64,000 bases of DNA from Eledone cirrhosa (GCA_964016885.1 OZ024751.1:14446001-14510000), one strand, 5' to 3'. Positions 12,099 through 25,306 are shown, numbered from the stretch's first letter. Program-made: numbers and translations. The notes: a model not told the origin generated them from the sequence alone.

Positions 12099-12266
12099 TT
12101 GTATGTTTGTATCTGATTGTGTGTGTATGTATGTGAAATATATGTGTTTATGTAAGTATATGTATGTGTGTGTGTATATATATGTGTGTGTTTGTGTGTT
12201 TGTATCTGATTGTGTGTATATGTATGTGAAATATATTTGTTTATGTAAGTATATATATGTGTGTGG

Positions 12267-12322
<56 letters not shown>

Positions 12323-13178
12323 TTGTATCTGATTTGTGTATATGTATGGAAATAGATGTGTTTATGTAAGTATATGTATGTGTGGGTGTATATATATATT
12401 TGTATGTGATTTAGATGTGTGTGGTGTGCATGTATGTATATGCATGTGTGCATATGAAATAAATATATTTATTTGTTTGTATGTGTGTATCTGCTTGTGT
12501 ATGTATGTGTGTGTATGTTAAAAAGATGTTTGTGTGCATGTATGTGTATGCGAATGCGAAATATATATGCATATATGTGTATGTGAAATAAATATATCTA
12601 TTTCTTAGTATATATGTGTGTATCTACTTGTGTATGTCTGTGTGCATATGTGATGTGTGTGTATGTATATGTGTATGCGAAATAAATATATCTATTTGTT
12701 AGTATATATATATGTGTATCTACTTGTGTGCATATGTGAAATAGATGTTTGTGTGCGTGTATGTGTATGCATGTGTGTATGCAAAATAAATATATTTAAC
12801 TGAATGTGTTTGTGAAATAGTTGTATGTGTATGTATGTGTATATGAAAAATAAATACATTTATCTGTTTGTATGTGTATAGTTGTTTATATGTGTGTATG
12901 TTTGTGTATATGAAATAGCTGAGTCTGTGTGTGTATGTATGTAAAATAACTGTGTTGTGTGTGTGTATATGTTTGTATGTTATAAAATAAATCTGTGTTC
13001 GTATGTATATGTGAGGAATAAATATGTGTGTGTAATAAATATATGCCTGTGTGTGTGTATGTGTACATGTGTATGTCTATGAGTACATGTGCATGTATGT
13101 GTACTTGTCTGTATGTGTGTGAGTACATGTTATGTGTGTATGAGTACATGTGTGTGTATGTGTACTAGTCTCTCTCTC

Positions 13179-13213
<35 letters not shown>

Positions 13214-13469
13214 ATGTACATACATATATATATATGTATGCATGTGTGTTCAAATGTGTGTGAGTACATGTGTGCGTATGTGTACTTGTCTATATGCGTG
13301 TGAGTACATGTGTGTGTATGTGTCCAAGTAAGTGTGTATATGAACACAGCAAGAAGACAGACAATAATATTCTAAAGATAAAATATTTAAGGTGATGTCT
13401 GAAATTAAATATAATTTGGGAGGCTGAACCACATCTTCCTGTAAATCTGTCAAGCAAATAGAAGAAGCT

Positions 13470-13795
13470 ACAACATGGTCGCTAGACCTGCTAGAAATAG
13501 CAGACAACAAATCTGACTCAAAAGACATCCTGCTGTCTTTTAAAAATAAGAGAAAGACATGTTAGATAATGTTGTCTGAGATAAGCTGTCTGTGTTAGAC
13601 CTGCTAGAAATAGCAGATAAATCTGCCTCAAATGACATCCTACTATCTTTTAAAAATAAGAGAAAGACACACAATGTTGTCTGCACTAGACCTGCTAGAA
13701 ATAGCAGACAAATCTGCCTCAAATGACATCCTACTATCTTTTAAAAATATAAGCGAAAGATACATTAGATAACGTTGTCTGAGATAAGCTGTCTG
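13470..13795. repeat. Degenerate tandem repeat, ~90-115 bp x 3
   Basis: TAGACCTGCTAGAAATAGCAGA...GACATCCT..TCTTTTAAAAATAAG recurs three times. Confidence 0.8.
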
Positions 13796-13932
13796 AAAAA
13801 AGACAGGATGGTCATGGGTAGAATGTCTTTCATGAAAGGTTTGTTCAATCAGGGTTGACATTGGATTAAGCATCAACAATTTCTTCTCTGTCTTTATTCA
13901 TTTATTTATTTTAATCTTACATATTTATAGTC

Positions 13933-13963
<31 letters not shown>

Positions 13964-14131
13964 TTGGTACGAGTATGTTTAAGGCTAGACTGGTCAATAT
14001 TATTTCAACACGGAAGTGTTATGGATGACAATACAATATTCTCACAATTGAACTTTGTCTAATATTATCGTAAAATATACCATCTTCTTCTTTCCTTATT
14101 TTCAATGCCTGCTATGTTGTCCTTGGAATAT

Positions 14132-15166
14132 TTCCAGACATACGGCCATCCTTGGATTCTTCCAGACATACGGCCATCCTTGGATTCTTCCAGACATACG
14201 GCCATCCTTGGATTCTTCCAGACATACGGCCATCCTTGGATTCTTCCAGACATACGGCCATCCTTGGATTCTTCCAGACATACGGCCATCCTTGGATTCT
14301 TCCAGACATACGGCCATCCTTGGATTCTTCCAGACATATGGCCATCCTTGGATTCTTCCAAACATACGGCCATCCTTGGATTCTTCCAGACATATGGCCA
14401 TCCTTGGATTCTTCCAAACATACGGCCATCCTTGGATTCTTCCAGACATATGGCCATCCTTGGATTCTTCCAGACATACGGCCATCCTTGGATTCTTCCA
14501 AACATACGGCCATCCTTGGATTCTTCCAGACATATGGCCATCCTTGGATTCTTCCAAACATACGGCCATCCTTGGATTCTTCCAGACATATGGCCATCCT
14601 TGGATTCTTCCAAACATACGGCCATCCTTGGATTCTTCCAGACATACGGCCATCCTTGAATTCTTCCAGACATACGGCCATCTTTGGATTCTTCCAAACA
14701 TACGGCCATCCTTGGATTCTTCCAGACATATGGTCATCCTTGGATTCTTCCAAACATACGGCCATCCTTGGATTCTTCCAGACATATGGCCATCCTTGGA
14801 TTCTTCCAGACATACGGCCATCCTTGAATTCTTCCAGACATACGGCCATCTTTGGATTCTTCCAAACATACGGCCATCCTTGGATTCTTCCAGACATATG
14901 GCCATCCTTGGATTCTTCCAAACATACGGCCATCCTTGGATTCTTCCAAACATACGGCCATCTTTGGATTCTTCCAAACATATGGCCATCCTTGGATTCT
15001 TCCAGACATATGGCCATCCTTGGATTCTTCCAAACATACGGCCATCCTTGGATTCTTCCAGACATATGGCCATCCTTGGATTCTTCCAAACATACGGCCA
15101 TCCTTGGATTCTTCCAGACATACGGCCATCTTTGGATTCTTCCAGACATACGGCCATCCTTGGATA
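14132..15166. repeat. 28-bp minisatellite A x ~37 (TTCCAGACATACGGCCATCCTTGGATTC)
   Basis: Direct periodicity; explains the multiple spurious ORFs on both strands. Confidence 0.97.
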
Positions 15167-16075
15167 GTCCAGACACAGGTTCACCCTTGGACAGTCCCAA
15201 TTACAGGTCCACCCATATCTAGTTCCAGACACAGGTCCACCCATATCTAGTTCCAGACACAGGTCCACCCATATCTAGTTCCAGACACAGGTCCACCCAT
15301 ATCTAGTTCCAGACACAGGTCCACCCATATCTAGTTCCAGACACAGATCCACCCTTATCTAGTTCCAGACACAGGTTCACCCATATCTAGTTCCAGACAC
15401 AGATCCACCCTTATCTAGTTCCAGACACAGGTCCACCCATATCTAGTTCCAGACACAGGTCCACCCATATCTAGTTCCAGACACAGGTCCACCCATATCT
15501 AGTTCCAGACACAGGTTCACCCTTGGACAGTCCCAGTTACAGGTCCACCCATATCTAGTTCCAGACACAGGTCCACCCATATCTAGTTCCAGACACAGAT
15601 CCACCCATATCTAGTTCCAGACACAGATCCACCCATATCTAGTTCCAGACACAGGTCCACCCATATCTAGTTCCAGACACAGGTCCACTCTTATCTAGTT
15701 CCAGACACAGATCCACCCATATCTAGTTCCAGACACAGATCCACCCATATCTAGTTCCAGACACAGATCCACCCATATCTAGTTCCAGACACAGATCCAC
15801 CCATATCTAGTTCCAGACACAGGTCAACCCATATCTAGTTCCAGACACAGGTCCACCCATATCTAGTTCCAGACACAGGTCCACTCTTATCTAGTTCCAG
15901 ACACAGATCCACCCATATCTAGTTCCAGACACAGATCCACCCATATCTAGTTCCAGACACAGATCCACCCTTATCTAGTTCCAGACACAGATCCACCCAT
16001 ATCTAGTTCCAGACACAGATCCACCCTTTTCTAGTTCCAGACGCAGGTCCACCCTTGGACAGTCCCAGTTACAGG
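15167..16075. repeat. 28-bp minisatellite B x ~30 (TTCCAGACACAGGTCCACCCATATCTAG)
   Basis: Direct periodicity; 18/28 identical to unit A. Confidence 0.97.
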
Positions 16076-16348
16076 ACCATACAGCATTTCTAGGGCATTT
16101 TAAAAACCTGGCGGAGCCCATCTCTTCTCCAGGTTTGAATACAGCAGGTTTCTTCCAAAGAAGGATAGAGAGAGTGAGAGAGAAAAGAAGTAAGAAAGAC
16201 ATATAGGAAGAATCAACCCCAGTACATGACTGGTACTTTTTTTATCAGCCTCGAATGGATGGAGAGCAAAGTTCATCTCGGTGGGATTTGAACTCAGAGA
16301 GTAGAGAGCTGAAACAAATACAGCAAAGAATGTTACCTGACATTCTAA

Positions 16349-16626
16349 AAGTCTGTCTTAAGCCAGAAGGCTCATTTGGCCGGTGCTTATCCCCAGTTTC
16401 ATGGCGTGAAGCGACTGAGAGTACAAGACTCCCCCCTGGACAGGACGCCAGTCCATCGCAGGGTTAAACCTCCAGCCATTGCTGGTACTCATTTACAGCT
16501 GAGTATACTGGAGCAACGTCAAAATGAAGTCTTTTGCTCAAGAACACAACACGCAGCCCAGGAATCGAACCCACGACATTATGATCGTAAGTCCAACACT
16601 CTTACCACTAGGCCACGTGCCTCCAC
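16349..16626 (-). mobile_element. Full-length tRNA-derived SINE (CORE-like central domain)
   Basis: Minus strand GTGGAGGCACGTGGCCTAGTGG (A box)...GGGTTCGATTCC (B box)...TGTGTTCTTGAGCAAAAGAC; homologous to 63656-63940. Confidence 0.88.
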
Positions 16627-16927
16627 AGACATTCTAATGACTCTGCTAATTCAGCACCTAATTACAATGAATAATAATTATTAATAAATGTGGCTTCAGG
16701 TGTAAATTATTTGTTAGGAAAATTTCAGTTGAAAACAATTTATTCATAATTTCATTTTTTTTTTCTTTTTGAAACTATACATTCAGTAAAGTTAGAATAT
16801 GATAAATACAAAATTTAATTTATTCTCAAAAGCAGAATGTGAGAATGTAAAACAAACATAGAATATAAGAATATTTCCTACATAATCAGTAAAATATTTG
16901 CTTGAAACATTTAACACTCTCTTTCCG

Positions 16928-17081
16928 TCATCTATTGATATAATAATCAAATTTTGATAGGCAAAGATCAATACTAAACCCGTCAAATACATTGATTGCC
17001 CCCGTATCAATCACCACTAAACATTGGTCAGGCTGAAACTGACCCTTAAATTGATAATAGGGCTTTATAGAAATGGAATGT
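16928..17081 (-). other. Weak candidate terminal coding exon ([32 protein letters not shown]...YINR*)
   Basis: Strong acceptor TTTTATTTTATTTCAGTTTCAG followed by a 50-codon open frame in unique AT-rich DNA; no homology recognised. Confidence 0.15.
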
Positions 17082-17258
17082 CTGAAACTGAAATAAAATA
17101 AAATATATCTGAATCTTTTGTCATATATATTTGATATTGCAATGGCATTGCACATATGTGTGTAGGTACATATGTATGTGTATATGTATGTGTTTATGTA
17201 TGTGTTTATGTATATGTGAATGAATGTATGTGTGAGTGTATGTGTGTGTATGTATGCA

Positions 17259-17318
<60 letters not shown>

Positions 17319-17394
17319 AATATACATATATATATGTAGATATACATATATATATGTAAATATATATATATATATATGAAAATATACATATATG

Positions 17395-17441
<47 letters not shown>

Positions 17442-17688
17442 ATATATATACATATATATATGTAAATATACATATATATATATATATAAATATACATATA
17501 TGTATATAAATATATATATATGTATATATACATATATGTATATTTACATGTATATATATATTTACATATATATATATATTTACATATATATATATATATG
17601 TATATTTACATATATATTTATATATTTACATGTATATATGTATATTTACATGTATATATGTATATTTACACACACACACATACATATA

Positions 17689-17732
<44 letters not shown>

Positions 17733-17781
17733 AATATACATATATACATGTAAATATACATATATATATGTAAATATATAA

Positions 17782-17822
<41 letters not shown>

Positions 17823-17900
17823 CACACTATATATATACATACACACAATATATATATATATACACACACATACACACATGATATATATGGTCCTGAATCT

Positions 17901-17941
<41 letters not shown>

Positions 17942-18159
17942 TAGTGTATGTATCTGGTTTAGAATAGCTACACTGCATCCCTGCATGTGATAAGAAGTGA
18001 CTGACTGAAAGGGTTTGTTTCAGGAAGGGCATCAGGCTGTAAAACATTGCCTCAAATACTCCTGTCCAACCCATGCCAGCATGATGATGATGATGATTGC
18101 ATTGGAGTGACTTTGATATCCTTCATTATATTTATACTACACTAGATCACTCATGTAAA

Positions 18160-18783
18160 TAATGATATTACACTGGTATTATTACACTAGTGTGTTTGAT
18201 ATCACAATGATATTACACTGGTATTATTACACTAGTGTGTTGATATCACAATGATATTACACTGGTTATTACACTAGTGTGTTTGATATCACAATGATAG
18301 TACACTGGTATTATTACACTAGTGTGTTGATATCACAATGATAGTACACTGGTATTATTACACTAGTGTGTTTGATATCACAATGATATTACACTGGTAT
18401 TATTACACTAGTGTGTTGATATCACAATGATATTACACTGGTATTATTACACTAGTGTGTTGATATCACAATGATAGTACACTGGTATTATTACACTAGT
18501 GTGTTGATATCACAATGATATTACACTGGTATTATTACACTAGTGTGTTTGATATCACAATGATATTACACTGGTATTATTACACTAGTCTGTTGATATC
18601 ACAATGATATTACACTGGTATTATTACACTAGTGTGTTTGATATCACAATGATATTACACTGGTATTATTACACTAGTGTGTTGATATCACAATGATATT
18701 ACACTGGTATTATTACACTAGTGTGTTTGATATCACAATGATATTACACTGGTATTATTACACTAGTGTGTTTGATATCACAG
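18160..18783. repeat. 44-45-bp minisatellite x ~14 with internal palindromes; degenerate related units continue to ~19085
   Basis: AATGATATTACACTGGTATTATTACACTAGTGTGT(T)TGATATCAC repeats. Confidence 0.95.
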
Positions 18784-19414
18784 AAAAGTATTTATTACAT
18801 TAGTATCACACTTAAGTGACTCTGGTGATATATTGAATTTACTGTGGTATCCCACTTGAGTGACTTTATCATATTGATATAACACCGATATCACACTTGA
18901 GTGACTCTACTATCATATTGATATTACATTAGTATCACACTAGAGTGACTCTAGTGTTATATCTATTACATTGATATCACACTTGAGTGACTTTAGTGTT
19001 TTATCTGTTACGTTGGGATTACACTTGAGTGATTTTATTGTTTATTGATACTACATTGATATCACACTTGAGTGACTTTAGTGTTATAATCTTTTAGTCC
19101 TTGATTAGTTCCAAGCATTGGACTTTGGCCATGATGGAGCATCACCAAAGTTCAATGTTGAAGTTAATTATATTGAGCCTCAATTCCTAACTGGTACTTT
19201 TTTTTTTATCTTGCTTGGAAGAAAGAAAAATAGGATATGTACTCAGAATGTAGAGGGACATAGCCAAACAATACAAGGTATTTCATCCCAATCTCTACCG
19301 ATTCTACACCACCAGGAATCAAACTCACAACATTACAATCCTAAGCTGACCATCCTAACCAGTGTGTTATAATGGTATTGATAGTTTGCATAATATTGGC
19401 AATGCATTACTGTA

Positions 19415-19900
19415 ACACTGCTGTTACACTGCCATGACACTGTTGTTACACAGCCAGGACACTGCTGTTACACTGCCATGACACTGCTGTTACACTGTCA
19501 TGACACTGCTGTTACACAGCCGTGACACTGTTGTTACACTGCCATGACACTGCTGTTACTCTGTCATGACACTGCTGTTACACAGCCGTGACACTGTTGT
19601 TACACTGCCATGACACTGCTGTTACTCTGTCATGACACTGCTGTTACAGCCATGACACTGCTGTTACACTGCCATGACACTGCAGTTATACAGCCATCAC
19701 ACTGCCATGACACTGCTTTTACACTGCCATGACACTGATGTTATACAGCCATGACACTGTTGTTACACTGCCATGACTATTGTTACACTGGCATGACACT
19801 GCTGTCACACTGATATGACACTGTTGTTACACTGCCACGACACTGTTGTTACACTGCTGTCACACAGTCATAATACTACTGTTACACTGTTGTGACACTT
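19415..19900. repeat. 22-bp minisatellite (GACACTGCTGTTACACTGCCAT)
   Basis: Direct periodicity, ~20 copies. Confidence 0.9.
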
Positions 19901-20090
19901 GTTATCAATGAGTTCAACATTGATGTTATACTACTGCTCAGATAGGACTGTTTCTGGCTAAATTTCTACATCTGGATGCCCTTCCTAATGCCAACCACAT
20001 GTACAGTTATATATATATACACAAGTATATCATCATCATCATCATCACCGTTTAGTGGCCATTTTTCCATTCTTGCATGGGTTATATATG

Positions 20091-20192
<102 letters not shown>

Positions 20193-20268
20193 CATATATA
20201 AATACATATATATATATGTATATATATATACATATATATATATGTATATATATAGGTATATATATATG

Positions 20269-20378
<110 letters not shown>

Positions 20379-20452
20379 GATATAGATATATATATATAGT
20401 TGTGCGCACAAAAAAAAAAAAAATCAACACAATATGGAAGTTGTGTATTTAT

Positions 20453-20608
20453 ATTAAACAGTTTCACTTAACACTACTTTACCAGAGGTTTCAAGGCAAC
20501 AACATGTCTAAATCATCCAGTGCGCTATTTTTGCAAATGCGCTTTATCAGCTCGGTGTGTTTTCATCTTGAAACCGCTGGTAGTGTCGAGTTAAATGAAA
20601 CTGTTAAT
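20453..20608. mobile_element. Fold-back relic, possible PLE pLTR
   Basis: Inverted arms ATTAAACAGTTTCACTTAAC..ACCAGAGGTTTCAAG / CTTGAAACCGCTGGT..GTTAAATGAAACTGTTAAT; minus-strand CTGATAA-AGCGC..GCGC core remnant in the spacer. Confidence 0.4.
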
Positions 20609-21217
20609 GTGTATATATATATATGTGTGTGTGTCTGAGTGTGTGTGTATAAATATATAACTACTTATATGTGTGTCTGTGTGTGCATGTAAATATATAA
20701 ATACGTGTGTGTGTGTGTAAATATATATATACACATATATATATATGCAAAAGTGTGCGTGTAAATATATATATAGATGCGAAAGTGTGCCTGTGTATAT
20801 ATATATACATATGTATATATATACATACTGTGTATGTGTATATATATATATACATATGTATATGTGTGTAAATACATATATATTTCTGTATGTGTGTGTG
20901 TAAATATATATATACATATATGTATATATGCGAGAGTGTGTGTGTAAATATATAAATACATATGTATATGTGTGTGTGTGTGTAAATACATATATGTGTG
21001 TGTGTATGTGTGTGTAAGTATATAAGTACATTTATATATTTGTGTGTGTGTATAAATATATAAATAGATATGTATGTGTATAAATATATAAATACATATG
21101 TATGTGTGTCTGTGTGTGTGTATTGATTTATATGCTTGACTATTTGCTAGCTTATACACCGGTATATATATATATATACATTGTTAAATATACTGATATA
21201 ATAGTATATATATATAT

Positions 21218-21412
21218 CATCATCATCATCATCATCATCACCGTTTTACGTCCGTTCTTCCACGCTAGCATGGGTTAGACGGGTTGTCCTGTTGTGGGCA
21301 GTGTCTGGTTGGCTGACCATGCCTTGCTCATACAGGAACTGATTTGGCTAGATTTCTACAGCTGGATGCCCTTCCTAACACCAACCTCATTTACAGTGAG
21401 TGCTGGGTGCTT
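21218..21412 (-). mobile_element. RTE-tail SINE fragment (GGAAGGGCATCCAGC domain, (TGA)n tail)
   Basis: Near-identical to 45158-45390; related copies at 43405-43660 (-) and 56558-56852 (+). Confidence 0.8.
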
Positions 21413-21431
21413 TATATATATATATATATAT

Positions 21432-22047
21432 ATACAATATGTTGAAAAGGTAACACACTAGAGAGAGATAGTGCGCCATCAATAAAACAGGGAAAAACCG
21501 CCAGTGTATGGAATCTATAACCTTATAACAGTCTTTCCTCTCTCTCTGTTTGGTTGAGCACACTCCTCTGAGTGGTTTTGGGCTGCCCTTTCCAGCAGCT
21601 CATCCCTCAGACACCACTGGTTCCCTGCCCTAAACATGCTGTGACTTCTCTCTCCCACGTGTAACTGGACAGTCACTTTAAATTCTCTTAGAGTTGTCTG
21701 AAATGTATGACCTTACACACGCTGATGAACTATGGGCTATTTCATTTCTGTCAACAACTTACTGGCGAAACAGATCTCTTTGGATTTGTACGTGTGTGTT
21801 ATATAGTTATAGAGGTTTGTATATACACTTTAATTTATATTTTTAATTATAGTGTGTCTACCCTGCCTTTCATAGGTTATAGATTCCATACACTGGTGGT
21901 TTTTCCCTGTTTTATTGATGGTGCACTATCTCTCTCTCTAGTGTGTTATCTTTTCAACATATTGTATTTTAAAGAGCTCAGGATTCCTTCTCCTTTGAGC
22001 ACATTATTGATAGGGAATAGCGACAGTCTATGGCTCCGTTAATTTAT

Positions 22048-22050
<3 letters not shown>
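21432..22050 (+). mobile_element. Penelope-like pLTR relic with inverted 5' copy and hammerhead ribozyme
   Basis: ~92-bp inverted arms 21432-21523 / 21874-21967; hammerhead at 21715-21797; (TA)n on both sides. Confidence 0.7.
21715..21797 (+). ncRNA. Type I hammerhead ribozyme
   Basis: Stem I ACACACG/CGTGTGT; CTGATGA (21722-21728); imperfect stem II; GAAA (21767-21770); stem III ACAGATCT/GGATTTGT; GUA triplet (21788-21790). Confidence 0.75.
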
Positions 22051-22083
<33 letters not shown>

Positions 22084-22089
<6 letters not shown>

Positions 22090-22647
22090 AAGTTTTGCTC
22101 TACATGGCTGAATACAATAAATGTAATCTGAGTTTTTCGAATATTAATAATAACATGCAGTTCTGTTCACATGCCAATACAAGAGCAAGAATGAAGGGTT
22201 CATTCTACTGACATGGCTATAAAATTGAGGCTTGTTTGCATAATTGCAAACGAATCGAATGTTATTATTAATATTCGAAAAACTCAGATTACATTTATTG
22301 TATTCAGCCATGTAGAGCGAACATTTTCTTTTTTATTTGAATTTGGCAAAGCCGGCCATTTATCGCTCGTATACAGGAAACTGACTGGCTAGTCTGCTGA
22401 TATGTAAATCTGGCTGATCAGTGGAGCTCCTAATATGCAGATCTGATTGATCAGCCAGTCTGCTAATATGCAAATCAGGCTGATCAGCCACTGTGTATTT
22501 TTGAAAATAGCATATATTTTCACTAGCTCTGAGCAAGAATGAAGGGTTCATTCTCCTGACATGGCTATAAAATTGAGGCTTGTTTGCAAAATTGCAAACG
22601 AATCGAATGTTATTATTAATATTCGAAAAACTCAGATTACATTTATT
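22084..22647 (+). mobile_element. Non-coding PLE-like element: inverted arm plus tandem ~348-bp unit
   Basis: ~70-bp inverted repeat 22084-22156 / 22259-22333; ~117-bp direct repeat at 22183 and 22531; internal ~33-bp repeats at 22380-22490; flanked by (TA)n. Confidence 0.6.
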
Positions 22648-22660
22648 ATATATATATATA

Positions 22661-22882
22661 GAGGGCGGTGGATTGGCAGTATCGGTAGAGGGTCGGACGC
22701 CATGCTTTGACGCATAGAGTTACGGTCCTTTATGATCTGAGTTCAAATCCCGCCGAGGTTACCTTTGCCTTTCATCCTTACGGGGTCGATAAAATAAAGT
22801 ACCAGTAATGCACAGGGGTCGATTTAATCGACTTTCCCCTCCCCCCAAATTTCTGGCCTTGTGCCTATATAAGAAACAATTA
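22661..22882 (+). mobile_element. Full-length tRNA-derived SINE (Meta/MESC-type core)
   Basis: A and B boxes, core, GGGGTCGATTTAATCGACTTTCCCCTCCCCC segment, GAAACAATTAT tail. Confidence 0.92.
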
Positions 22883-23078
22883 TATATATTTATAGACAGA
22901 CCTGTATTAGTGTTATTTTGAAATCAATTTGATGTACAGAAGGAGTCTGCTATTGCTTGTAAAATGCTTATATACATGAGTGTGTGTGTGTAATAGTTGT
23001 CTGTATGTGTATGTAATGTATATAAGTGTATATGTGTGTATGTCTAAGTATGAGTGTCTGTGTGTGTGAGTGTATGTC

Positions 23079-23139
<61 letters not shown>

Positions 23140-23203
23140 ATCAGAGTGTGTGTGAGTATGTATATGTCTGTATATCAGTGTGTATGTATATGTGTGTATA
23201 TAC

Positions 23204-23239
<36 letters not shown>

Positions 23240-23507
23240 CAGAGTATGAGTGTGTGTGTGTGAGTATGTATATGTCTGTATATCTGTGTGTGTGTCAGAG
23301 TATGAGTGTGTGTGTGTGAGTATGTATATGTCTGTATGTCTGTGTGTGTGTGTATATACGTATATGTGTGTATACACATATATATTTATATGTGTGTGTG
23401 TATGTGTCATCATCATCATCATATATATATATGTGTGTGTGTATGCGTGTGTGTATGTGTATATATGTGTGTGTGTGTATGTGTATATATGTGTGTGTGT
23501 GTATGTG

Positions 23508-23540
<33 letters not shown>

Positions 23541-23642
23541 CACAGACTGAAACAGAATCTAACAATGAAGACATCAGAGATCATTAATTTATATAGTTCA
23601 TTAAGGATGTCTGTGGTGGTTGATTTACAGCCAAAACTGGCA

Positions 23643-24680
23643 GTTGTTGTTGTTACTGTTGTTGTTGTTACTGTTGTTGTTGTTACTGTTGTTGTTGTTA
23701 CTGTTGTTGTTGTTACTGTTGTTGTTGTTACTGTTGTTGTTGTTACTGTTGTTGTTGTTACTGTTGTTGTTGTTACTGTTGTTGTTGTTACTGTTGTTGT
23801 TGTTACTGTTGTTGTTGTTACTGTTGTTGTTGTTACTGTTGTTGTTGTTACTGTTGTTGTTGTTACTGTTGTTGTTACTGTTGTTGTTGTTACTGTTGTT
23901 GTTGTTACTGTTGTTGTTGTTACTGTTGTTGTTGTTACTGTTGTTGTTGTTACTGTTGTTGTTGTTACTGTTGTTGTTGTTACTGTTGTTGTTACTGTTG
24001 TTGTTGTTACTGTTGTTGTTGTTACTGTTGTTGTTGTTACTGTTGTTGTTGTTACTGTTGTTGTTGTTACTGTTGTTGTTACTGTTGTTGTTGTTACTGT
24101 TGTTGTTGTTACTGTTGTTGTTGTTACTGTTGTTGTTGTTACTGTTGTTGTTGTTACTGTTGTTGTTGTTACTGTTGTTGTTACTGTTACTGTTGGTGTT
24201 ATTGTTAGTGTTGTTGTTACTGTTGTTGTTGTTGTTACTGTTACTATTGTTGTTACTGTTGTTGTTGTTACTGTTGTTGTTGTTGTTACTGTTGTTGTTG
24301 TTGTTGTCGTTAGTGCTGTTCGTGTTATTGTTAGTATTTTTGTTACTGTTTTGTTACTGTTGTTACTGTTGTTGTTATTGTTGTTGTTATTGTTGTTGTT
24401 GTTATTGTTGTGGTTACTGTTGTTGTTACTGTTGTTGTTATTGTTGTTGTTGTTGTTACTGTTGTTGTTGTTGTCGTTAGTGTTGTTGGTGTTGTTGTTA
24501 GTATTTTTGTTACTGTTTTGTTACTGTTGTTGTTATTGTTGTTGTCGTTAGTGTTTTTGTTACTGTTGTTGTTGTTAGTGTTGTTACTGTTGTTGTTGTT
24601 ACTGTTACTGTGGTTGTTGTTGTTACTGTTGTTGCTGTTGTTGTTGTTGGTGATGGTGTTGTTGTTGTTGGTGTTATTAA
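23643..24680. repeat. (GTT)4ACT 15-bp higher-order trinucleotide repeat, degenerating rightwards
   Basis: Direct periodicity. Confidence 0.95.
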
Positions 24681-24784
24681 TGTTTGTCACTGAATCCAGT
24701 AAGATAAATCAAGTTGACTTATGCTGTTTACCAGGGAAGGAGGAGGAGGAGATGGATGAAGGGATGGGGGAGATAGGGTGATAG

Positions 24785-25150
24785 AGAGGGTGAGAGAGAG
24801 GGTGTGTGAGAGGGTGTGAGGGAGGGTGAGAGAGGGTGTGAGAGAGGGTGCAAGAGAGGGTGAGAGAGAGGGTGTGAGAGAGAGTGTGAGAGAGGGTGTG
24901 AGAGAGGGGGAGGGTGAGAGAGAGGGTGAGAGAGAGTGAAAGAGAGGGCTGTGAGAGAGAGGGTGCAAGAGAGGGTGTGAGAAAGAGGGTGCGAGAGAGG
25001 GTGCGAGAGAGGGTGAGAGAGAGGGTGAGAGAGAGGGTGCGAGAGAGGGTGCGAAAGGAGGGTGTGAGAGAGGGTGCGAGAGAGGGTGTGAGAGAGGGTG
25101 TGAGAGAGGGTGTGAGAGGGGGAGGGTGAGAGAGAGAGGGTGTGAGAGAG
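24785..25150. repeat. GAGAGAGGGTGT-type 10-12-bp repeat
   Basis: Direct periodicity. Confidence 0.85.
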
Positions 25151-25268
25151 AGGGGGTGGGAGGGAGTCTGTCAGTTGAGAAGGTGAACAGTTAATGGTTG
25201 ATTAATAACATGCAAAAGACAACTACACACATACATACACACGCATTCACACACACACACATACATAG

Positions 25269-25306
<38 letters not shown>

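Noticed and set aside
14055-15268. 350-390-aa ORFs on both strands
   Set aside because: Artefact of a stop-poor 28-bp minisatellite
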